Shown here piece by piece: positions 24,431-37,064 of a stretch of 64,000 bases of DNA. Under the pieces are notes generated by a model. That model searched no databases. It saw nothing but the letters and a program-made list of their open reading frames with translations, and was not told where the DNA came from. The translations under genes and the position numbers were made by a program. The stretch spans positions 2,232,001 to 2,296,000 of the forward strand of contig BQFW01000004.1 in assembly GCA_020891255.1 (NCBI GenBank), given 5' to 3'. The stretch's first letter is position 1, and each line of letters begins with the position of its first letter. The stretch comes from Entomortierella parvispora E1425. Its lineage: Eukaryota; Fungi; Mortierellomycota.

Positions 24431-27400
24431 TTAGCGCGAGAATTGGTCGCTTCGCAGACGTGCCAACTCAGAGGCTTGGTCCACGCGGTAGCACAAGGCC
24501 CTTGCGAGCACGACATCCTTTTGGTCCGCAGACACCAAGGGATGAAGAGCCGTCAGGTCCAGACCCAAGAGGACGATGCGACTATGGCTCTTGACCGCGA
24601 CGGGATCGATTCGATAGAGGGTCTCCAGGGGATCGGAGCGAGATGGTTTTTGTTCCTGCAAAGGTTTCTGCACTGGGACAGGGACAGGACAATGATCATA
24701 CGAGAGGACCATGACCTGTTCGCAGTTGAAGAGCAATTGGACCAAAAGTCCGGCGTGCGATGGGGTGAAATACGAGGGTGGATGCAAGCCAGTATCGCTG
24801 TCCACATCCATCGAGGAGGGTGATGGCTCCTCGGAGGACTTGGAAGACTCGAGATAGGCAAAAACCTCGAGGATAGATTCAAGACCCGCCAGGGCCCAGT
24901 TCAAGTTTCCACTGTTGACGCTGACCAAACCTATGGGCGACGAGAGAAATAGGGACCACGTCAGTATGTCAGTGAAGGGAAACCTATGAATAAAATAGAC
25001 GAAAAGAGGTGGTCTAGGCAACTTACTCAATTGACGGAGCAGAGATGTGGCAATACCAGCTACTTGGTTGCGCCAGACACCGTTCATCCAGCGGATGCTC
25101 TCCTTTGGACAGGATTGGACAGCCCGGAGCAAAAGCCTGGCAGGAACAAGAGAAAACTCATTCTCGCTGCTCATCGTATTGATAGCTGTGAGCGTATGGA
25201 GCCAACTCAAGAAGGCACTTTGAGTGATCAGTTGCAAGGCCACCTTGGGGATAGCTGCGGCATTGAAGAGAATCTACAATTCAAAGCAGATAGGGTCTTT
25301 GTTAGTAAGGCACATTCGCAACAGAGCCGATAAAAAAAAAAAAAAAAAAATGAAATTGGGTAATACCTCAATGACAATCTTCTTGGACAAGGGCTCGCTC
25401 AGCTGGGAGTTGAAGAACGCCACCAAGAGGTCCACGACGTGACGCCGTCTAAACATCCGGTAGTCCTCTGCGCTCTTGAGCGATGTGGCCAACAATCTCA
25501 GCATCCACACTCGCTCCTTGCGATGTTGCTCCGACGAGGAGTTGAACATGCTGTAGAACATGGGAATATCTTCCAGATCAATCGTTGGGCGCTGGAGACA
25601 AAACTTGTTCACATGTGGGTACATAAAATGATCTGGTCGCAACAATGCCGAGAGTGCATGGGCCACAAAGGTCGTCACCACAGCTGGGATTCTGGGTGCA
25701 GACATGCCATCCTCAGCACGATCCACAATCGAGTTTTTAAGAGCATCCAAGAGCAACATCAACTGATTCTTTTCTCTCATTGTTGCATGCTATCAGTGGT
25801 CAGTCGTAAGGAAATGATGAGTAAGCAAGATCAATATTAATGACAAAAACCGCCTTCGGATAGAAAGAAGATCAGTTGAAACTTACCGAAAGAATGTTGT
25901 AAAAGTCATCCAAAAGAGAGAACGCAGCCAGACGCATGTTTTCGTCATTTGAAGACAAAGCGACAAGGATCAGTCCTAAACCGTTGACCTCAATCAACCG
26001 ACGGCAGTCCAGCAGGTTGCCGAACGCCATAAATGTTCCAAACAGCGGGAGCAAAAAGCAAGGGTCGTAAATAGGTGCTGCTCGAGACTTGATCACCTCC
26101 TCGGAATAATCTCTCAACGTCAGTTCCGGTGCCGGACTCTCCAATGCACGGTCGACAGGGAAATGGACCACAGAAGTCATCATCACACTTGGATCCAAAA
26201 GATCCAAACTCTCGTTGATCATGGCCTGACCGAAGAGAGCACTGGACGTCTTGGTGTTCTCAGCACCAGATCCCCAAATAGGAGCTCGGTTCGAGATCGA
26301 GCCAGCCGTTTGAGCCTCTGTAATACGGAGCACAGCCAGGACCAATTGGTCGGCTACACAGGTGGAGGCTCCGTAGCAAGAGAGAAGCATGGGAACAAAT
26401 CCGGCTTTGCAACACGTCTCGGGCTCGAGGCTAGTCAGGGTATAGATGAGCTGTACAATCGCCAGACGACTCGCCATGTTTTCAGGGACGGCGTATTTTG
26501 TTGTCGGAGCCGTGGCCATCACCAAAGACGAGAACTGTTTGTGCTTGAACAAAGTCTGCAGAATTTGAGAAAGAACAGAGTTCTGAGCAGTCTAATACAG
26601 TCAAAAGAAAGAAGCGGTGGTCAGTTACGGGTCAATTATAAGGATAAAAAAATAAAATGAATGGAAGCTTTTGAAAAGATACTTCTTCTTACCTCGACAT
26701 AATATTTCTTGGCCAAGAAAGCGCTGAACCGCACCAGCTGAACATTATCTAAAGCTTTTTCAATGGCGAACGAAACCAACTCAAACAGGACCTTCTGGTC
26801 AATGCTAAGCTTGCGCTCTTGAACATGGTCATCAAGCACAGAGTAGAGACGGTCGCAAACAGGTTCGAGCCATTCTGCATCCCCGTTCTTGTCAAGGACG
26901 ACAATCAGTTGACGCGCGGTCTCTTCAAACCAACGCGCGATCTTGTCTTGTCTCTCCATGACCTGGCGGTCCTCAGAAACACCATCAGTGATAACAAGAA
27001 GTGTCTCAAGGATTTGGATCGTATCCAGGCCAATTCTAGGAACACTCTCCAGCAACTGCCACTGAGACTCGACATCCTCCTCGTCAGCAGTTTTTGTGGT
27101 CAGAGCAATGATCATGGCTGCAACCTCGGCCACCAGTGTAGATTCCTCTGTACTGTAGGTAACATTGGCTATCTGCTGGACTAGCTCGGCAAGAAGCATT
27201 GGCCGCAACGCTACGACAGAGCGACGGTCGCCCGCAGTGGCAGATGAAGACCATTGGAAAGAGCCCTTGGTCCTATGAGAGATCCGGCTCATATATGCAT
27301 GCAACAGCGTGATAAAATCTGCATCCTCCACGTGGGTCTGAATATCATCTCCTGACAATTTCTGCACGGCCGCGGAGAAGCGATCACGGAAAGCAGAAGA

Positions 27401-30400
27401 AGCGGTCATGAGCGCCGCTAGGATCAAACTGCGCTTGTGGTTGAGATGCTGCAAAATAAAGTCCACCAGTCCGTGCTCTACATCCTCGAAAAGACTGGAT
27501 TCTTGAAGAGAATCCAAAGCCCGGTCAAAGACACCAGGGGCAGTCAAGTCCAAAGGCTGGACCGTTCCCACCATCGCGTTTGGCCAGAGACGCCCACGCA
27601 CCACATCGAGGACAATGCTGTCCAAGTCATCTGAAGGTTGTTCCTGCCAGAGATCCAACAACGCGGCTGTAGATTCTGGGGGGATGGTTGAGGTGGATCC
27701 TCCCTGTTGAGTAAGATGCTTTAGAATTGTTGACAAAAGCGAGCTGAAAGCCGCTGTTGTGGAGAACTTGGTGTGACGATGGATGCTCAACAGAGATTGC
27801 AAAAGCATCGACAGGTCTGATGCATGGCACATTGAAGCGAGTTTGGAAAAGTACAGAACAGTCTACAGGAGAGAATGCAGGTGAGATACAACATACTGAA
27901 AAGGAGCAAAGGAAATCATCCATATATCCACAACATATCGCTACCTTGGCATGAAGGGCGTCAGCGCCGACATTTTTCATGCTTTCAAGTTCGTGCATGA
28001 TCTTCTCTACTGTCTTTCGGACGTAGTAGCTGGAAACAATAGCATCTGCGGCAGCACTTCGACTGTTGGTCTTCGAGGACACAGCCTTCGTGCTTGAGAC
28101 AAGAAGGTCCACAGTTCCAGAATCCAGAGTGTCCAAGTGCTTGAAGTGTGTCTTTCCATCGGATGAAACATAGAGGTAGAGTTCACGCAGATTGAAGTTT
28201 CCAAAGAGTTGCGCCTTGAAGTGCGTGAAAGTGGTCTCGTCCGCTCTGCTGCAATCCAACAAGGTTGTCAAAAGGGTGCAGCAAACGGTGATACACTCAG
28301 CGGTCGCCAAGTCTGACTGAATCCACTTGGAGAGGCGCTGGAGAATGAGGTTTGCATATAGTGCCAGGTGCCTGCCCTCGGAGCCCTGGGCAACGGTCGT
28401 CAACAGGGCATGGACAGCGGAATTGGACACACTGGTAGCGGTGGTGTTTTCAAAGAGCGCAGGGAAAGGGACCGCCAATAGCACCGCGTAAACGCTTTCC
28501 TGTTCCTTATTCTTTGATTTCAGCGACTTTGCGACGTCCTGGATGTCGTAGAGTGATCCTGCAAAGGGGAAGCGCCTTTGGATAAAGTCAACCAGGCACT
28601 CTTCCGTCGTCTTGCTCTTCATTGCGTACTCGGACACTTGTTGGAAGCTCTTGCTAACGCTGGCAGCGCTCTGGGACAGCAGCCCTTGGACAAAAGCAGA
28701 CCGATCCTTATCATCCAAAAGCTCAAGAAGCTGACTGCAGTCCACTGTCGGTTTTTTGCTCTCCTTGACACTTTGGATATCACGATGTACAAGTTCCTCC
28801 ATAGTCATGGCCAAATACTCTGCCACATCCACATTTGCCTGCCCACGCTGGACCATGCTCAACTGAAGAATGTTTGAAATATCCTGAGAACTGGGATCCT
28901 GGATACGTTGCAGGCACTCGATAGCAAATGCTTGAGACCGATTTTGGTTCCATGTAAGCGATGGCATCAAGCGCTGAAGGAAAAGTGCAATATACCGGGA
29001 GACATTCTTTGAGGTTTCTCTGGCATAGACGTGCTGGAACTGCTCCAGAACCGTCATCAAGAGAGGGCTATACTGCTGAGAGGCATCCTGATGTGTCGAG
29101 GTTGCAAGAGTCTGAGAGAGTTGGTCCTCTGGTGATTGTTGGACATCCTGTTCGACAGTAGCCACACGCTCCTGTACCGCCTTTGCAACCTTGGAGGACT
29201 GATCCACGTATTTGTAAGGAGTTCGCAAACAACGAGCAGCGCAGTCGTCCAAGAACTGAAGAAATGCAATTTGGTCCGCCGTCAAGTCTGGTTGACCGTA
29301 GTTGGTGGCGGGGATGGCTTCGATCCAAAGATTAGCTTCCGAGGGATCATGGTGGAACAGAATCGACTCGCCTAGGAGCTTTGTGAGGAGCTGACGTGTC
29401 AATGACTTGATGTGTGGATGCGCGGTGGTGAGGAACAGGCTGAAAAGCTTGGTGAGGTGAGAGGACGATCCATCCATAGACTTGTTAGACCATCTGAAGT
29501 CATTCAACTCCAGCAACAGCTCCAGCAAGTGGATCAACGTGCCAGCTTGAACAGAGGAAAAGTCGGAAGGAATCAGCTTGCCAATGTCGAACTTGGATTC
29601 ACTCAGCGCCTGTGGGAGGAACTGTTGGTAGTATTTGATTAACCTGAGAATGCCGTTGTTGAAGAGGTTGAGACGGATCCTCTCCTCCTCCTCGACCTCA
29701 GTCACCGACATAGACTGAATGCCGTTGTGAAGCGAGATGATGATTCCAATGTCGGGCACACGGCGACGGAGCTCTGCCAACAGCAATGAAATGGCAGTAG
29801 CCCATTGTTGAGCTGGGGGATCCGATTTCGTCGCTTGGAGATTGGCTTCGCTCACATCCACAGCATCGGTCATCAATGCTGACTCCTCTTCGTCATTGGC
29901 GAGAGTACGTACTGCAGACTGCATGACGGCGATCACTTGCTCAGTCTTCTGGAAGGCGGCAGCAAGCTCCACGATCGTGATATAGCGGACCAGCATGCTC
30001 GAGTGTTGCAATCCTCTGCTTAAAATGCTCCTGTTGGCGGTGGAAGGGAGGATATTTTCGATGATGGTGGAAACAGGTGGTGGGTGAGAGGCGAAAAGGC
30101 CAGTGTGTTGAAGGTAAAGGTTGGGAACAGGAATCTCAGTGACCTTGTGCAAAAGGGTCATATTGGCCAGCCATCTTGCTGACAGTCTAGGTTCCATCTG
30201 CACGTTTGCCTTTTGCCAGAACCTACATCAAAATGGAAGCAGATAAAGTAGGTTAGAATCAGGCCGGATCCTTTCAATGACAGCTGCGGCATCATGTCTG
30301 CTTACAGTCGAACCAACTCTGGACAGGCAGCCAAAATGGCGACAGTCAACTCCTGCTGCAGAATATGCTCGGTGGGTCGCAGGTGAGTAATGAGTTGAGA

Positions 30401-31708
30401 CAGCGTTTTGTTGAAGATTTGCTGTTTGTTGTCTCCTGAAGTTTTTTCGACCGAGTTGCTGCCATTCACCACACTGGCAGGATACCAGGCAGCATCCTGG
30501 AAGCAAATGCCCACTCCGGGGGTAGTGCACAGCGCCATGAAAAACTTATGGGCCACCTCTGCAACAGATTGGTCCGAGTTATCTTCAGGTTCTGTCCTGT
30601 TGTAAAGTCGTAAAAGGTTGATCAAGAATGAAGTGCTGAAGAAGGAGATCTTGATGCTCCGTGAAAGTGCATTATCCAAGACAATGTTGTTGAGAAGTAC
30701 GCCAAGGGTCTGTTTGATGAGTTGAAAAGAATCAAGGGAGAGGTCGTTAAGAGTTTTCTGCACGAGATCAGGGATTTCCAGCATCTCCTTCTTGACCGTC
30801 GCGTCGCCCCTAACAAAGAACGCCATCAGGAATTGAATATACAATGTCCTTGTGTCTAGATTGTTTCCAATATATAGGTTGAATTTCCAAGCATTAGTAG
30901 TCTGACTGGATGATTGATCATGCCAGGCTCCCTTCAACGGCAAATATTCCGTGACATGAATACATACCGACTTTGGACGTCTGTTCAGCCTCGCCTTCTT
31001 TGCGTCTATGATGTCTAAGTTTTGACAACGCTTTCAATCCAAAGTTGAACTCGTCCTTGATCTCCTTTGTAGTTTGATGATGGACATGGTTCATTGCCGT
31101 CAAAAGTCGAAGAGTTGCCTGCACTGTATTCTGGCGTCCTGAAGACAAGTGGCGGTAAATGACTGTCAGGTGGTTCTGCAAGATGGTCCGAGTGATCTTC
31201 ATCGCGTTCAGTCGGTGGAGAGCTGTGTTGCATTGGTGAATAAGTTTGGAAAAGACTTCGACAATCAAGACCTCGATCTTGGACACCGCATTTTGCTGCT
31301 GCCATTCCCAGATCTTAAAGAGCTGTGTACATTCTGGTGACTCCTCGACATAGGCATAGATCACAGCCAATGCCTTGGTAGCAAGAGCACTCTCTGTGGG
31401 GTCGCCTGAATTGGGTCGAACGTTTAGTTGATTCCGAAGGCGTTTCAAGCCTATATTTTAGAAAAGAGTTACACTTGAGGTTAGAGTCTATGATATCTAC
31501 TTCAAGGCTATCATTTGTGACCAAGAGCCGCCCCATGAGATGCATTGGTTGCCCCATGCACTCAAAAAAAAGGGATGACGAGCGAAGGAGACGTGCCTGT
31601 GTAAAGTAGTTCCGCGTTCGTGGTATCGAGAGCCTTGACAAGGTCTTTTTTGTCCAGGAAGTGGGCCAGCTTCTGAGAGGCGGCTGCCTTCGAGTCGGCT
31701 TCGTCCAT
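24431..31708 (-). CDS. URB1: Nucleolar pre-ribosomal-associated protein 1 (URB1/NPA1), large helical 60S-biogenesis factor
   Basis: Multi-exon. N-terminal Npa1-like segment: FNFGLKALSKL, DTRTLYIQFLMAFFVRGD, IFNKTLSQLITHLRPTEHILQQEL, MEPRLSARWLAN, RGLQHSSMLVRY. C-terminal segment: IYDPCFLLPLF, NGLGLILVALSS, LCLQRPTIDLEDIPMFYSMF, RKERVWMLRLL. Exon 1 is 31708..31597 and is followed by a GC-AG intron. Confidence 0.88.
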
Positions 31709-31853
31709 TGTCGGATTGATGGAAGAGGGATGACTAGAGTTGACAAAGAAGATCACCTTTGGTCCAAGCAAGGTCCCTTCTTGGTTGCTCTATGGCAGGT
31801 CAAAAAAAAAAAAAAAGAAACAGAAATTGTGGCTGAGCAAGCGGCACAATATA

Positions 31854-31877
31854 ATCACATGATCTAAAGTCACGTGG
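31854..31877 (+). promoter_or_regulatory. Tandem E-boxes (ATCACATGAT and AAAGTCACGTGG) in the URB1/IDH1 divergent promoter
   Basis: ATCACATGAT at 31854-31863 abuts GTCACGTG at 31869-31876, about 150 bp from the URB1 ATG and about 570 bp from the IDH1 ATG. Confidence 0.45.
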
Positions 31878-32057
31878 TAAGATCTCTCCTTCTTTTATCG
31901 CTCATTTCACACGCCCAGACGTCATGGAGGTGATCAGAAACCTTAGTTTTTGTTATCTCCCTCCCTGATCCTTCGGGCCTGCCATTCTGGGGTAGGTGCT
32001 CACCATGTGCTTTGCTCCTTTCTCTCTCACTCTTCTTGCCTTGTGCTTGTGTGATCA

Positions 32058-32181
<124 letters not shown>

Positions 32182-32443
32182 AGTTGGCCGTCGACGATGA
32201 TTGCAGAGTGGAGTGGAGAGAGAACAGAGAAAAGAGAGAGAGAGAGAGAGAGAAAGAAAAGAGCAGAAGCAGACCAAAATTGCACGGGCTGGATCACCAA
32301 AACATTTTTTTTTTGTTAATGAACGAAAGGTGAGGACCGTGGTTTCGTACAAAGGATGAATCCTCCTCCCTATGTTGCCTTCTTTTCCTTCTTTCTTCCC
32401 CTCATTCCATATCCCCCTCTCCCCTCTCGCCCATCCCCACACA

Positions 32444-33993
32444 ATGTTGCGCACCCTTACCCTCTCCAAGCCCTTGGCTGCCACCCTCACCAAGGTAAGC
32501 ATGCACTCTCTCTCGTCATCGATCACTCCATGCATTCTCTCCAGTTGTGTCCTTCTAGGGTCTGGCTGGCTCGCCTAATGAATCGACCGCATTCCTGCTA
32601 ACAGCTTGATTTCTTTTGCTTTGATTGCATTAGATGGGTCCCCGTGCTATGAGCACCAACACCATTGTCCCCCAGGTTCAGGATGTAAGTTGGATCGAGT
32701 TTGTTACCATCAGGACATATGGGACAGAGTTGATCATTTGCTCCTCCTGAGCACTTGACTCGACACGGAGCAGGACGGGATAGACTATAGCCAGGAAAGG
32801 AGTTGTGGACCTTCAAGACCAAAGGCGCTGATCCGTACATACTCTTCTATTGTCATCTTTTAGGTCCCCAACTCGAAGCTCGGAGGCCGCTACACCGTCA
32901 CTTTGATCCCCGGTGATGGTATCGGTCAGGAGACTGCCTCTGCCGTCAAGACCATCTTCAAGGCCGCCAAGGTGCCTGTTGACTGGGAGCAGTTTGACGT
33001 TTCTGGATACACCTCTGCTGATGATCTCACCTTCAAGCAGTCCGTCGAGTCTCTTCGTCGCAACAAGGTCGGTCTCAAGGGAATCCTCTACACCCCTGTT
33101 TCCTCCCTCGGCCACTCTTCCTTCAACGTCACCATCCGTAAGGACTTGGACATGTACGCCTCCTTGGTCCTTTGCAAGAACATTCCCGGATACCCCACTC
33201 GCCACGAGAACGTTGACTTTGCCGTCATCCGTGAGAACACTGAGGGAGAGTACTCTGGTCTCGAGCACCAGTCCTACCCCGGCGTTGTCGAGTCTCTCAA
33301 GGTCATCACCCGCACCAAGTCTGAGCGCATTGCTCGTTTCGCCTTTGACTTTGCTCTCCGCAACAACAGAAAGAAGGTCACCTGCATCCACAAGGCCAAC
33401 ATCATGAAGTTGGCTGATGGTCTCTTCCTCAACACCTGTCGCGAGGTTGCCAAGGAGTACGCCAGCTCTGGAATCAAGTTTGATGACATGATTGTCGACA
33501 ACGCCTCCATGCAGCTGGTCTCCAGACCTCAGCAATTTGATGTCATGGTCATGCCCAACTTGTACGGCAACATTGTTTCCAACGTTGGTGCCGGTTTGGT
33601 CGGAGGTCCCGGTATCGTTCCCGGATGCAACATTGGTCGCGAGTTTGCTGTCTTTGAGCCCGTAAGTCCTTTTTACTTTTTGTATTTCTTTTCCTTGAGC
33701 GACCGTTTTCAATTGAGCTACTTGTACTTACAAATTTCATAATATTATCCTTTCGTGTTCTTTAGGGCTGCCGTCACGTCGGTAAGGACATTCAGGGACG
33801 CAACTCTGCCAACCCCTGCGCCATGATCCTCTCCTCCGTCATGATGCTCCGTCACCTTGGTCTCGATGACTATGCCAACAGAATTGCCAACGCTGTCTCC
33901 AAGACCATCTTGAGCGGCGCTGCCAAGACCCCCGACATGGGCGGTTCCAGCACCACCACCGACTTTACCTTTGCTGTCATCTCTAACTTGTAA
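32444..33993 (+). CDS. IDH1: NAD-dependent isocitrate dehydrogenase, mitochondrial subunit 1 (regulatory)
   Basis: Exons 32444..32494, 32634..32684, 32864..33661, 33766..33993. Mitochondrial-presequence-like N-terminus; [64 protein letters not shown] (IDH1-type), [17 protein letters not shown]. Strong C-ending codon bias. Confidence 0.95.
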
Positions 33994-34238
33994 ATCGTAT
34001 CCACGCACTCCCACCTCACTCAGCATATTATTATAAAATTATTAAAAAATAATCAAAAAACTCTCACTCTTCACGTCCTAATGTTTGCCATCGATGGCCG
34101 ATCCTGTAGGTCACTGTCAGGCTCATGCCACCAGACTCAAGGGCAATCCAATTGAGCGTTCATATCTCTAGATGACTTTGAATCTGAATTTATTGACAAC
34201 GTAATGATGGGGGGATACCAAAATTTCTGCATTTTTTT

Positions 34239-35335
34239 TTACTTGGTGTTGAGGGCAGTCTGAAGTGCCTCAAGGACCTCGACCTCAATCTTGGCAGAGA
34301 GCTTGTCCTCCTCAGTGGCACCAGAGTTGACAGCACGATGGGCCTCAGCGAGGTTGTGACGGATAGCCTCGACGCTGAACTCCTCGATGGGGAAAGCCTC
34401 AACAGCGTTGATGTTGAGGGAAGAGTCAGGGTTCATGGTGGCGAATCCTCCAGAGACTAGAAATTTAAAAAAAAAGTAGAAAGTCATGTCGTTAGATATA
34501 TATCTCAAAATGAGGCTCAAGATCAGACTAAGAGAGAGAGAGAAAAAGTCTGACGACGGGTAAGGGGTGGAACAATTGAACGAAATTCCCTACCAAAGAA
34601 CTTCTTGGAGCCAGCGTTCTCAATGATCTCGACAATGCCGGGGCGGAGCTGCTCAATGGAGGGAACATGGCTAGCCAAGATACCCATATCTCCAGAGACG
34701 GCAGAGATGTTGACCTGACCGACAGCGACATCCTTGAACAAGGTCTATCATTGTGAACATAAACGAAAGCAAGTCGTCGAATAGCCATAGGTCAGCGATA
34801 CTGAAATTTAAGAGTTCATCAAGGATTCTTTCTGTATCGTCCATTTGCGCGGCAGAGGTGGCGCTCAATGTACCTGGTGAGGGACGGCAAAGGTCAAACG
34901 GAGACCGGTGGCAGCGGCCTCGGTGGCGTAGGAACGGACTAGAGAAAGGAATAGCAGGAGAAAAAAAAAAGGGCGATCCAGTCAGTGGGACCTTTCTTTG
35001 GTTGGTGCTTTTCGAGTTGCGGTGGGTGTTGGTGGTCAGAAAAGATCCTGTTGTGATGTCGAGATGAATTCGCGTCGATCGACACTATATGGCGTTGGGT
35101 TTTGCAAGGCGGGTCATCAGGATGGTCCTCGGATCAGTCGCTGGTCCTCGTCCTTGTGGATTGTAGGAGGATGCAAACATGAACGCATCATTGTGGTCAC
35201 TGTGCAACGGACAATTGCGGGAAACGAAAACAACAACAAAACGGTGGCAAGGGGGAAGAGCAGTATATCGATAGATGAGCGGATCATACCCATGCTGGGG
35301 CGCATGGCGCGGACGGTGCGGGCAAGGAAGGACAT
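34239..35335 (-). CDS. ATP16: Mitochondrial F1 ATP synthase delta subunit
   Basis: Exons 35335..35290, 34938..34874, 34744..34594, 34456..34239 give MSFLARTVRAMRPSMVRSYATEAAATGLRLTFAVPHQTLF..GDMGILASHVPSIEQLRPGIVEI..FFVSGGFATMNPDSSLNINAVEAFP..AKIEVEVLEALQTAL. Confidence 0.96.
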
Positions 35336-35455
35336 GATGGGTGAAGATGGATGGACAAATGAATGGAATGGATTCACATTGGATCACCCTTTGTCAAAGG
35401 AATCTCTGTCCCCTGGCCGGTTCGCTATTTCCTCGCAGAGTAGGAAATAACGGAT

Positions 35456-35463
35456 ATCACGTG
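35456..35463. promoter_or_regulatory. E-box ATCACGTG in the ATP16/arrestin divergent promoter
   Basis: RTCACGTG match about 120 bp upstream of the ATP16 ATG. Confidence 0.35.
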
Positions 35464-35783
35464 TCTCGCTCCTGGAGCAGGCCCTCATCTCGTATTGCGG
35501 CAGGTGCTCCTATCGTCAATAGACATAGACCACGCCTTCGCACTCAAACATGCACACCAGCAGACATCAACAATCGAGCGAGCCTAACGGCGTGATAAAA
35601 AACCCGGAAAAATAAAAGACCAGGCGTCCCTTTCGACTTCAAAGGCTCGTGTCGACTCTTCGACCATTCAACAGGACTGCTTTCACCAGATCCCCCAGAG
35701 ACGACGAACAATAAAATGGCCAGCAGGACGCTCAACTGTCCCTCTTCATTCATTCATATCCCATTTCTCGAACTGTATCAAAA

Positions 35784-37064
35784 ATGTTGAGCAAGATCTT
35801 TGGCTCAGACGTCTCAAAGTCTCTGCGAGTCGTCATCCTTACACCTTACAGAGGACCAGGCAACCTGCCTGCCATCTACGCCACACCCGAGGAACAAGGC
35901 CGTATTCAAGGCTATGTCGAGTACGAATGCACCGAGGATATCAAAGGGCGGGATCTCGATCTGGCCTTTAGAATTAAAAGCGTGGGCCGCTGGTCCCGTA
36001 AGCCTTGTATCAGGGTTTTCAAATGCAATTTGCTCCAAACCCCACAGCCCCCTCTCCAACACTTGCATATTCTCCTCTCTCTCTCTCCTCATTTGGATCG
36101 TAGGTCAACGAGGTACTACAAGAGTGATATACCATTCAAAAGAAGTTCTTCAGAGGCAAACATGGGATATCCCCATCGCTCATTCAAGTCAGGGCGTGTT
36201 GAGTGCAGGTAGAACCCGGTATGACTTTGAGGTGCTCCTCAATTACGGGACACCCTCCTCTATCAGCGGCCGACGCAGCTGGCTCACCTACCGGTTCGAG
36301 GCTACACTTCATCGAGGGTTTCCAAGACGCAATATAACGTTTCAACAAGATGTTTGGACATTCAGCACCTCTCTCCCCCAACCCCACCCAGACGCTCTCT
36401 CAATTCCGCTAGTGCAGTCGGGCATTTGGGAGTCCCATCTGCCTTTTACCTGCTCCATCCCCAACGAAACTGTTTATTTAGGCCAAATTGTGCCATTGAC
36501 GATCCAATTCGAGCCCTTTGTGACCTCGAGCGGTCACCTGGGCCAGGCATTGGTTATTGTCAACGCCGTGGTCAAGTTTAAGCAGTACACACGCCTCTGG
36601 CACCGTTGGGATGTCAAGCACGAGACGAAAGAGCTGTTGGAGATGCCCGTCTTGACGGGTTGGCCCATCACAGCTCACGGATTCCGAAGAACTCTGATGG
36701 TCCAGCTACCGGATGCGCCTCGATTGTCTTGCACGACGTTTACGCGCCCCGTTCAAAAGACACACTGTCTAAAGTTGATCATGAAGGTCAAGACTGCCTC
36801 CATGACGGACAGGGAAGCCAGAGAGTTACGCATTGAGAGTAAGTTTGATGCATCAGGCCCTGGAACATTTGCAAAAAAGGGTTTGGCCCCTGTGTGGCAC
36901 AGAAACAATTCTAACCAAGGCCCTGTCTGTCTTTTTTAAATGATTCAGTGAAGGTCAACGTAACAGCACCTAGGCCGGAGCCACCGACCGAGGAGCTTCC
37001 TCCATACGCGCCTCGATGGGATGGACATGACGATGGCGACGACGCGGATGACCAGAGTGACTGA
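35784..37064 (+). CDS. Alpha-arrestin (arrestin N and C domains, C-terminal LPPY)
   Basis: Exons 35784..35997, 36104..36838, 36949..37064. Arrestin-N-like LSAGRTRYDFEVLL..TPSSISGRRSWLTYRFEATLHR; arrestin-C-like GIWESHLPFTCSIPNETVYLGQIVPLTIQF..HCLKLIMKV; tail PPTEELPPYAP. Confidence 0.85.

Noticed and set aside
32813-33712. 299-aa antisense ORF over IDH1; likewise 9237..9833, 21807..22433, 47427..48332, 50578..50997 and 59685..60362
   Set aside because: These are shadows of strongly codon-biased sense genes and carry no independent motifs.
32444-35335. IDH1 and ATP16 adjacency as a mitochondrial gene cluster
   Set aside because: Two mitochondrial genes side by side is expected by chance given how many exist. 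They are convergent and share no promoter.
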